Program-made: the position numbers and the translations under genes
Notes under the pieces: model-generated
Databases searched by the model: none
Told to the model about the DNA's origin: nothing
What the model saw: the letters and a program-made list of their open reading frames with translations, nothing else
DNA from: Selaginella moellendorffii
Taxonomy: Eukaryota > Plantae > Lycopodiophyta
Reading direction: 5' to 3'
DNA: 64,000 nt
NCBI RefSeq assembly: GCF_000143415.4
Contig: NW_003314269.1
Location: 1,619,544 to 1,683,543, forward strand
In this document: one piece after another, positions 22,964 to 32,337 of the stretch
Numbering within the stretch: the stretch's first letter is position 1
How the letters are laid out: each line of letters opens with the position of its first letter

Positions 22964-23023
22964 CGCTCCCTTGATAGGATTTTTAGGGTTCTAGAGGTTA
23001 GGGTTTTTCGAGGTTTTTATCCA
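22964..23023. promoter_or_regulatory. 60-bp divergent intergenic region with telo-box-like motifs
   Basis: Lies between head-to-head ATGs at 22963 (-) and 23024 (+); contains TTAGGGTT and TTAGGGTTT. Confidence 0.6.
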
Positions 23024-24733
23024 ATGGAGAATGGTGCTGTGGGCGACGACGCCGCGGCCAAGATCACGAGACAGGTGAGTGGAAGCGCATTGTGAGATGG
23101 AGCGCGACTTTTCTCTTCTTCGCAGGTGGAATTCTACTTTAGCGACAGCAATCTCGCCAACGATGCGTTTCTACTGCGCTCGATTGAGGAGAGCGCCGAC
23201 GGCTGTACCTTTTTCTTTCGCGCTTTCCACTCAAATCGCTTTTTTCATTCTAAACATCCATTCCTTGTAACAGTGGTGAGCTTGTCGGTGATTTGCGCCT
23301 TCACTCGGATGAGATTTCACTTGCGGCTCTCTCAAACCACTCCAGAGACGATTCCCAAGGGTGTCGTCGCTGCGGTCGCGGATGTTTTGAGGAAATCCTC
23401 GTTCCTTAAAGTTTCGGACGATGGTATGTGTTCTAGCTGGAAAATAAACAAAGGTTTTCCCTGTTCTAAAACGTGTTCGTTGTTTACAGGCCTCCGTGTG
23501 GGACGAGTCCACGAAATGCAAAAGCCGGAAGAGGTTCGTGCTGAAGTTGATGCTCGGAGTTTGGCAGTGTCACCGTTTTCGTGGAAGACCACGAGAGAAG
23601 AGATCGAGGCTTTTTTTGAAAGCAACTGCAAGGTAGGAGTTATACTTGGTTTGGCTTTGGATAATTCAACGTTTCTGGCTTTCTAGATTCTTAGCGTGCG
23701 GGTGCCTCGTCACCCTGCAGTAAAAGCTTTCAGTGGCTACGCTATTGTGGAGTTTGCATCTCCAGAAGAAGCACAGAGAGCGTCTGGGATGGGACTAAAC
23801 TTCAAGGGCGCCGACTTGAAGTTCCAGTCCAAGTAAAATTCTTTCAAACTTCTGTTGTGAGTTCGTCTTTCACGGCGTGGTTTTCTCTCGCAGGGACTCC
23901 TTCGAGACACTCATGAATTCCCTGCCAAAGAAGGAACAGAAAGAGAGGTAATTCCGTCTGCCTGGAAATTTGCGATAGTGATTGTTTTTCTTCCTTCAGG
24001 GACGACTATGTGAAAGGACTTCTTGTGCGCTTTAAACTGACGAAGATTGAGAAGGGCGCCCAGCAAGAATCGGAGAAGAAGGCCGAGGAGGAGAAGAAGG
24101 ACGAGGAGAAAGAAGAAGACAAGAGCAAAGACACTGAAGATAAAGACGGAGAGGCAAAAGAGAAAACAGAGAAAGGAACTCAAAGTGACGCGGTCATAAG
24201 GGAGGACCTCAAGGCGGTCTTCCAGCAGTATGGGAGCGTGAAGGTCTCAAAGCCATCGTTCTTTCTTCTCTTCACTTTTGATTTTTCCTGCAGTTTGTCG
24301 ACTTCTCAAAGGGCGAGACCGAGGGATACATCCGCTTCGAAACTCCAGAGGACGCAGGCAAGGCACGGACAGCAGCCGTGATCTCGGACGAGGGCGGTCT
24401 TGTGATCAAGGATTACTTGGCAACGCTGGAAGCTCTCGAAGGTTTGCAATCAAAGCTGGTTTTTCTTCTTTGCTTTACTGTGCGTTCTCTCGCCCAGGAC
24501 AAGCCGAGCGTGACTACTGGAAGAAAATCTGGGATCAACAGGTCAAGCGGCGAGAAACCTCCGGCCAAAATCGATACAGCAGAGACAATCGAGCTCGAAA
24601 TCCCGGGAAGCAAGACAGGAAATTCAAGGGAAATAGTAACCATGAGGATAAGAAGAATGCCGCGACCGGGAAGCGCACGATCTTCCAAGACGATGACGAT
24701 GCGCCCGAGCCGAAACTCCAGAGAACAGAGTGA
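23024..24733 (+). CDS. La protein (La motif, RRM and C-terminal xRRM), multi-exon
   Basis: KITRQ|VEFYFSDSNL La motif, LKVSDDG, RRM1, and xRRM (IREDLKAVFQQYGSVK|FVDF...GYIRF...ERDYWKKI). Confidence 0.92.
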
Positions 24734-24897
24734 AAGCGAAGAGCTCTCTGCCAAAATTTTGCCAAAGTTTTTAGGGCTCCAACGACGTACTTTTCAAATT
24801 TGAAAGTGGGAATATCCTTTTGACGCGTGTCGAGGTTTTATTTGTTGATACACCTCACGCGGGGCTCCCTAGGGTTTGCGCGGGGGGACTTTTGGCG

Positions 24898-25988
24898 ATG
24901 GCTGGAAGGCGCGGCGGTCGTAGCAACGGGATGCTCCTCATGCTGGCGCTTCACGTTTTCTCGCAGTTCGTCCAGCTCGAGAGGAAGCCGCCGGTTACGG
25001 CGGCGCTGATTCTCGCGAATGTGATCGTCTATCTGCGCCCTGGGAGCCTGCACGAGGTTTTGCCATCGATCGAGGAGGTCTGCCTCAGTCCCTACCTTGT
25101 TCTCCGGGTAAGCGCTCGTAATCCTCTTGAGAATCCCCCGGTTTGATCGAGATTTCGCAGAATTTCGATGTGAAGCGCTTGCTTCTCTCGGCTTTCTACC
25201 ACGTCGACGAAGCGCACCTGTTCTACAACATGATCTCACTGCTCTGGAAGGGCGTCCAGCTCGAAGGTAGAATGGGAAGCCCGAAATTCGCGTCCATGGT
25301 GGCTCTCCTCCTGGGGATGTCTCACGGCTTGATGGTGTTGCTGGGAACGCTCGTCTCGACCCTGACCGATTCGCCTGCGCCTTACACGTCCTGTGCCGTG
25401 GGATTCTCGGCGCTTCTCTTCGCTCTCAAGGTAGTCCTCAATCACAACTCTCCAGCCAACGCCATCGTCTATGGCTTCGTAGTACCAGCGAGGTTTGCAG
25501 CATGGGCAGAGCTCGTTCTCGTCCAGATGTTCATGCCAGGCGCCTCGTTCTTGGGCCACCTCTCCGGAATTCTAGCAGGGCTGCTCTACGTACGTGCTCC
25601 CAGGTTCTTCTCCAGTGGCATCGGGGCTCTCGTAAGAAGATCGGCGAACTGGTCGTGGATGGTGACTAGGCCGCTGTGGTTCTTACTGGGACGACCATCG
25701 CCACCGCCGTCTCGTCGCTTCGGTGGAGGATCTGTGGGATCCAGGAATGAAGGTGGCGGAAGTGGAGGCGGGCTAAGTTTTCAGATGTGGAGGTGTCGAG
25801 CTTGCACGTACGAAAACTGGGAGCCTGCCGACAGCTGTGAGATGTGTGGAACTCCGAGGTCTGGTGGCGGCAACAGTTCCTTCAGCCCGACGGCTCCGCC
25901 GTGGCCACAGCATGAACCGCTGCCTGGCTCGCCGCAAACTTCTGCCGAGGCCATACGGCAGGCACGTATTGCAAGATTTACGAGGTGA
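24898..25988 (+). CDS. RBL14: Rhomboid-like protease with C-terminal RanBP2-type zinc finger (RBL14-like)
   Basis: KPPVTAALI, HLFYNM, catalytic GFS, ASFLGHLSGI and WRCRACTYEN...CEMC. One intron at ~25108-25160. Confidence 0.88.
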
Positions 25989-26301
25989 CGGCGTGCGTCG
26001 TCCATCGGCGGAATTTTTTTGGAGAGTCCCAGCAAAATATGTGGAGTGTTTTCCCTCTCGACCGGGCCGGGGGGGTCATGTAAGTCCGATGTTCTAGATG
26101 GCGTGCGAAGTCGACAACTTTATCACGAAGCGAGAATGCGCTCAAGAAATCACCCGCGGCAATACACGACAGTGAAGGTAGACTGGAGGAAGTTATCCCA
26201 GCAGTGAAAGGCAGGTTCGACATTCGGGCAGCATTTATATCTCCGCCTCTCGCGCTTTTCGGGGCAAGTCAGTTTCCAAGTTTCCGAAGTTCCGATCGAG
26301 C

Positions 26302-28044
26302 ATGGGCTTTTGCGGTGGTGTGCTACTCGTCGTCCTCACTGTGCTCTTGGCATCGTCAATGCGAGCAAGACCGACGGCATTTAGCTGCAAGTGTCTACCT
26401 TCTGATGACTGCTGGCCCGACTCAAGCGCCTGGCAGGCTCTCAATGCGTCCATTGATGGGCAGCTCGTAGCTTCGAAACCGCCGGCTTGGCCGTGCCACG
26501 AGCCCGAGTACAACGCTCTGCAGTGCCTCGAGGTGACGCAGAAATGGAGCGATGCGTTTTGGAGAGCTGCGCAGCCCGGTGCCATGCAAGACTCCTTCTT
26601 CGAGATGGATGGCAACGAAGGTTGCCTTCTCTCCGGGAACAAGAAAAGTAGCTGCTATCAAGGGCGGGTCTCGGTGTTTGCCGTCAACGTGTCGAGCGCA
26701 TCGCACGTCCAGAGAGCTGTGGAATTTGCCGCGACTTACAACCTTCGTGTGACCGTCAAGAACACGGGTCACGACTACTTTGGACGCAGCAACGCAGCGG
26801 GGTCGCTTAGCATATGGACGCACCACCTCAAGGATATTTCTTTCGTCGAGGAGTTTGTTCCAGAGGGATGCAACAGCTCGGCTGCTCGATCCGGCGTGAC
26901 AATTGGAGCAGGAGTTGTGTGGGAGGAGCTCTACCGCGCTGCCGACGCGCATGGGAAAGTCATAGCTGGTGCTCAGTGTTCCTCGGTTGGAGCTGCCGGA
27001 GGCTATCCTCAAGCCGCGGGGCACAGTCCTCTGTCACCCAAGTACGGCCTCTCGGCGGACAACGTTCTCCAGTACAAGGTCGTGACGGCGGACGGGAAGC
27101 TGGTGGTGGCGAATGCCTGCCAGAACAAGGACCTGTTCTGGGCTCTTCGTGGCGGCGGCGGAGGAACTTTCGGTGTCGTGGTTTCCGTGACTCACGCGAC
27201 TCATCCTGCGCTGGAGAGCTTGCAGTTTGCCTCGTACGTTGTCGGCGCCAACACTTCCGAGAGCTTTGAGCTGGTCGTCACGGAGTTCGTCAAGAGCAAT
27301 CCGGGCCTGTCCCAGGACGGATGGGGTGGCTTCTTCCTCATCGCCAAGCGGGCGCTCATCGTCCAGTACCTTCTTCCAGACAAGAACTCCTCCTTTGCGC
27401 AGAGCTCGTTTGATCCATTCCTCTCGGAGGCGAGGGGCATCGCCGGCGTGAGCGTCAACGGGGCAATGCAGAGCTTCTCCTCCTACCTCAAGTGGCACGA
27501 GGCCGTCCAGTGCTCCAAGTCCGGCTGCTCCTTCGCAACTGGCTCCTCGGAGCTGCTGGTGTCGAGATTGATCCCGAGCAGCACCTTTAGCGACGATCCG
27601 GAGGAGCTGGCACAGACTCTAGTCGGGATTTGGGACGAGGGATACGATCGAGTCATGGGGTACTTGACCGCGGGTGGCGAGGTTTCAGTGGCTCGAGACA
27701 ACGCAGTGAATCCGGCATGGAGGGAAGCGCTGTGGCACATCATAGTCGTGAAGCTCTTCCCTGCCAACGAGACCCAGGCGGCGAAGAAGTCTCTTGCTCG
27801 CGCCATCACCAAGACCGGGGGCCGGCTGAGGAGAGTGGCGCCATCCTCGGGCTGCTATCTCAACGAGGCGGATGTTAACGAGCCGGACTGGCAGCAGGCA
27901 TTCTTTGGCGACAAGTATGACAAGCTCAAGCTCATCAAGGAGGCTGTCGATCCGCAGGGCCTGTTTGTGTGCAAGAAGTGCGTTGGGAGCGAGGATTGGA
28001 GCGAGGATCTGACGTGTAGAAGCAAGAAGAAATGTAGAACTTGA
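26302..28044 (+). CDS. Secreted FAD-linked oxidoreductase (BBE-like/VAO superfamily), fungal type, intronless
   Basis: Signal peptide, CKCLPSDDCWP, KNTGHDYFGRS (FAD-binding His), GAQCSSVGAAGGY, DLFWALRGGGGGTFGVV, YLNEAD...KEAVDPQGLF and CVGSEDW. Confidence 0.93.
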   Translation: MGFCGGVLLVVLTVLLASSMRARPTAFSCKCLPSDDCWPDSSAWQALNASIDGQLVASKPPAWPCHEPEYNALQCLEVTQKWSDAFWRAAQPGAMQDSFFEMDGNEGCLLSGNKKSSCYQGRVSVFAVNVSSASHVQRAVEFAATYNLRVTVKNTGHDYFGRSNAAGSLSIWTHHLKDISFVEEFVPEGCNSSAARSGVTIGAGVVWEELYRAADAHGKVIAGAQCSSVGAAGGYPQAAGHSPLSPKYGLSADNVLQYKVVTADGKLVVANACQNKDLFWALRGGGGGTFGVVVSVTHATHPALESLQFASYVVGANTSESFELVVTEFVKSNPGLSQDGWGGFFLIAKRALIVQYLLPDKNSSFAQSSFDPFLSEARGIAGVSVNGAMQSFSSYLKWHEAVQCSKSGCSFATGSSELLVSRLIPSSTFSDDPEELAQTLVGIWDEGYDRVMGYLTAGGEVSVARDNAVNPAWREALWHIIVVKLFPANETQAAKKSLARAITKTGGRLRRVAPSSGCYLNEADVNEPDWQQAFFGDKYDKLKLIKEAVDPQGLFVCKKCVGSEDWSEDLTCRSKKKCRT

Positions 28045-28101
28045 GAGAAGGACTCTCCAAATCTAAAAAGTTGATAGTATTGTCTCGGCCTGGGTTGTCT
28101 G

Positions 28102-28165
28102 GTATATTCATTGAATATACTTAGAAATTATTCGGTGAATAAACCAGAAATTATTCAATGAATAG
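28102..28165. repeat. Array of three TATTC-N3-GAATA palindromes
   Basis: GTATATTCA-T-TGAATATAC (28102-28120), then AGAAATTATTCGGTGAATA (28123) and AGAAATTATTCAATGAATA (28146). Confidence 0.8.
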
Positions 28166-28177
28166 GTTTCGGGTTTG

Positions 28178-29035
28178 ATGGCGGTGAATAGGCGATGCAA
28201 ATCAGGTTCCGAGTGGACAGAAACTCAGGTAAATTACTTTAAGATGGAGATTGCCCAGGAAAGAGAGTTTCGCTCGTTTTTCGGGGTAGAACCTCCGCAG
28301 ATGTTCAACGAGGACGTGAGTGAGTTTCTGGGTTTAGACTTGAGCGATGTCATGCTGCAGTCGACGATACAAATCCGACACATAAGGTCTCGCTTCGTCA
28401 AGCTCCTGGTCAAGCACATAATCGCAGTGACCAAAACACACAGGCACGAAGAGTCGGCCGTGGAAGACATGTCAACCTCACTCCTGGAGCTGTTTGAGTA
28501 CGATGGCGACGACAATTCGGTGCGCAGCAGATGTACCCTGGATCTCTTCATGTCCAACGCCAAAACTCAAGCAACCCCTGATGTTCTCATCGAGAGATTG
28601 GACACCGCAATCAAGCTACTGGTTCAAGAAGACAAAAGCTACGATGTAGGCCATCATCCAGAAGCACAATTGATGGCAGAGGCGGTTGCAGCATACCAGG
28701 AGAACAGGCGCTTGTACGAAAGGCTGGGAAGGGAAGATTTTCCGGACCAGCAGACGATTCCAGGCATTGTCATGCTAGGTAAGTACTTGGTATTTCGTTT
28801 GATCGAGCTATAGCCACATTGTTCTTCAGGTACTTGTCCTACCTTTTACGTCATCCCAATGACGAAAGCTCTGGCCGACTGTGTGAGAAATGGAGATGAG
28901 CCCACTCTAGTCACCCGGGTCAAGAAGTATGTCATTCCCAATCTCCCTGCCAGCAAATCCGATACAATGCTTTCCAGGCAGCACCGCCATCACATTGCTC
29001 AGTGCTTGGAGGCATTCAAAGCCTTCGTTGAGTAG
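28178..29035 (+). CDS. Uncharacterised 268-aa protein with a PD-(D/E)XK-like motif; join(28178..28778,28830..29035)
   Basis: A 51-bp phase-1 GT-AG intron joins ...GIVMLG to TCPTFYVIP...CLEAFKAFVE*. Motifs KSGSEWT, EESAVED, TPDV, LLVQEDK and PEAQLMAEAVAAYQ. Confidence 0.75.
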
Positions 29036-29339
29036 GTTGATATGTATCTCGCTGTTTGTCCTTCGGTTTTAAAGTCAATAATGCAAGGTGCGTAAATCTC
29101 ATTTCTCCTTACCGGTTAGCAACATCGGAATCTCTTATAAACCTACCCTTCGAGCAAATCCTTTACGTGACAAATACGATGAAAACGTGAGCCTTTATTG
29201 TTTCTGCGTCCCTAACAGAAGACCTGCTTGTTCCTGATTAGACACCTCTACCACCTTTCCCTTTTACACGTCCTTTTTAGGAAACACGGTTCACTTCAGT
29301 TGAGAAGAGAAATATATTAAGAATTCAAATACAATACAC

Positions 29340-31260
29340 TTTAGTTTTCTACCAATTACCTTAAAGAAGTATAGCCTAAACTGGCTCGAAACTAGGTGAA
29401 GTATTTTTTTATTTCTCCTTCTACTCTATGATCTCAAATAAAGAAGTGATCCATCTCAATGTGTTTTGTTCTAGCATGAAAGATCAGATTTTCAATCATG
29501 CTAAAGTTGACGTATTGTTATTGTAGACAATTGGGTTTTAAACATGGACGTCCAATATTTGCTAGAAGTCTTCTCAATCAAATTGCTTCTTTTGTGATAT
29601 TTGCATTGTATTCAGCTTCACATGTTGAAAGAGTAATTTGTTTTCTTTTTTCCATGACCAAGAGACAACAACTCCACACATTTCCACTTTTGGACTCCAA
29701 TTGTCAAGATCACCTGCTAAATTTGCATTGGTAAGGCTGATGACTTCAGAAGCTTTAAGACCAGAGTAGACAATCCAAATTTTGGATGTACCTTGGAGAT
29801 AGTTTAGAATTCTACATGCCGCATACCTGGATTATTTAAGAAACGCCTCATATTTACAACAGTAATAGCAATATCTGGCCTTGTAGCAAGATACATGAGT
29901 GATCCCACAAGATTTTGGTAAGACTTCGTCTGCAAAATCCATTTCTCCCCCTCAGTGCATGGACTATTTGCTTTAGATAGTTTATCATGCAATGCCAGAG
30001 TGGATATAGATTAGTGCTTGCACATGTTTGAATAGCACACAATAATGCCAGTAGTATATTTCTCTTGAAAGAGAACTAATGTGCTGTGCTTAATAGATAC
30101 AATTATTAAGTCATATAAATAAATTGCAATTATAGTTTATGATAAATATAAATATTCCAATCTACTTCAGTGTGAGTGAAGTTTATGGATCATTAATGGT
30201 GTTATACCGGTGATAACATTTTTACAAAAACCAACCCTGCTTTAAGCCATAGCCAGATTTTTGTTATTTCCAAAAAACTCAAAATCTTAAGAAAAGCATT
30301 TCATTTGATGTAATTCCAAGTTTTGAGCTGCAGAGATAGTAAATAATACCCAGATAGATTAGTTTTTGCCACAAAAGATATCTGTGTATAATCAATGCTT
30401 TATTTCTGAGAGTGTTCTTTGATCACAAGACGAACTTTATAATTATCTATATCACTATTTGACATTAACTACTCATCCATGGTTTCAATTCCCAAGATTC
30501 ATTAGCAACCTAATTTCTGAAAGAAGTGCTTAGCATTAAAACTTCTTTAAATGTATGTAGTTCATTTATATCACTGTAAAGATAAAATATATGTAATAAC
30601 TGTCACATAGTTTTTTTTTTCGTGGTTTTAGGACTCTAATAAAACTATTCTTCAAATTTATCTGAATGTGAGTCAAAATTTGAAGTACTTTCCAAAAACG
30701 ACTAATCATGATCAATTTCTTTAATTTGAGTTTGATAGATATATTGAATAAAGGATGTATCTTGTGTCATAAGTATTTATAGACTCATGAGTATCCATTA
30801 TCTAAGTTAAAATAGATTCCAAATAAACACAAAAAACTCTTTGAGACTAAATTATATCCTAATTTAATGTTAAATTTGAAATCCAAGCTTCTGTGCATGC
30901 CATTCATTTTGGATAAGAATTAACAAATCACATACAAATTTTAGCTCATTAAGTTTTATTATCTGTCAAGAGACAATACATCTTGAATCAATTTTCCTTA
31001 TTAGGAATGTATCCTAATAAAATGGAATTTTGTGCTTTATTTTGAAGTTTATATTGACAAACTTCAATTTTTGTTTAGCCCATTATGGCTTTAGTATGAC
31101 TCTACTAATAGTATGAGTTTGAAGTTGATTCTAAACATAAATACTTGTACATCTAGCAAACATCTGTGTGTTTCATGATATATCAAGTGATATTTAAAGT
31201 TAAAAGCTTCTTCCTGCCATTTTTTGGCCATGTTATTTTGGATTTAGACGCTAAAAATGA
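29340..31260 (-). mobile_element. Highly degenerate Ty1/copia retrotransposon relic
   Basis: Minus-strand traces in copia order: HTDVC (integrase, ~31165), ELHTFKEV (~30555), YKVRLV..IDY (RT, ~30430), YQNLVGSLMYLATRPDIA (~29900) and FHARTKHIEMDHFFI (RNase H, ~29460). Many stops and deletions; no LTRs seen. Confidence 0.8.
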
Positions 31261-31399
31261 ATCTCATGCATTAAAAATTCTTGTGATTTAAATTCTCTAG
31301 CATTATCTACTCAAAGTTCTTTGATTGATCAATTAATTATACTTTGGATTTGTATAATCCATGCTTCGGTATGGTTTCTCAGTGCAAATATCCATGATT

Positions 31400-31600
31400 T
31401 ATGATCTCTTGGATCACGATGCTCACGCACGGCAGTCCAAGAATCTCTTCGATCACATCCGGAGATTCGAGTTCCCTCGTCTCCTGCTGTGCTGGACCGT
31501 CGTCACATCCACGGCCATTCTCATGGCATTCGCCAAGAAGGTGTTTGATTTGATGTCCCCAGTGAGAGTGGTAGCAACATACAGCCAGATTCCTCGTTGG
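31400..31600 (+). pseudogene. PPR gene remnant
   Basis: TGGATCACGATGCTCAC, CCAAGAATCTCTTCGATC and GCTGGACCGTCGTCACA are shared with the PPR remnant at 42110-42790, with internal deletions. Confidence 0.7.
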
Positions 31601-31809
31601 TGGCTCTTCTCCTCTCAAGTTCCACCACCAAAAAACTCTAATCTTCGTTTGAGTTCGTCAAGGCGGCTAACGTGAGAAGAACTTCCATCATTTCTCATCA
31701 GGCGAGTTTCATCCTTAGAACTGTGAGAGTTGAACTAAAAAAGCTTTTCGCTGGTCTTTAAGGAAAAGCTTTTGAAAATCTCTTGATTTCAAGTAAGAGC
31801 GAATAGAAG

Positions 31810-32215
31810 GTTTGTCTCATCGACACTCCCGACTTCAAGAACAGTGACATTTTGGGTAGGAGTTTGCTGTCATTCTCTGATTCTTCTTCTTCTCCTAGGG
31901 AAATCAGACCCTTATGCGATCCTCAAGAACTCTCATAGTTTTTTCTCTTATCTAGACCAAAACTTTGTCTTCCATCTTCCAGGGTAGGGTTCCACTCCGA
32001 AGTGGAACGAAAAATTCGTGTTTAGCCTCGAGGGTGAGAGTGATGTTCCTCTGGAGGACGAAAGCTGTTTGAAGGATCACGTCATTGGCAATGATGATTT
32101 CATTGGGACTGTTAAGAAAGCTTTGTTTCTTTTTTCTCTGTCTTTGTTTTTTAGAGAGAGTATTAACATTTTTTTCAGCTCTGGGACAACCAAGGCAAAG
32201 TCAAACTCTCCATGA
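31810..32215 (+). pseudogene. Small C2-domain protein remnant
   Basis: Spliced pieces FKNSDIL|GKSDPYAIL, GSTPKWNEKFVFSL and DHVIGNDDFIGTV; incomplete. Confidence 0.7.
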
Positions 32216-32337
32216 AGTTCAAATATTTATTAGTAGAATTTGGGTTGGACTTCTCTTCTGATTCCATGTTCGATCATGTGGCCAATTGAGATTGGTGGAC
32301 TTTTACATATACTGTAAGCATATTGCTAGGCATTCTA

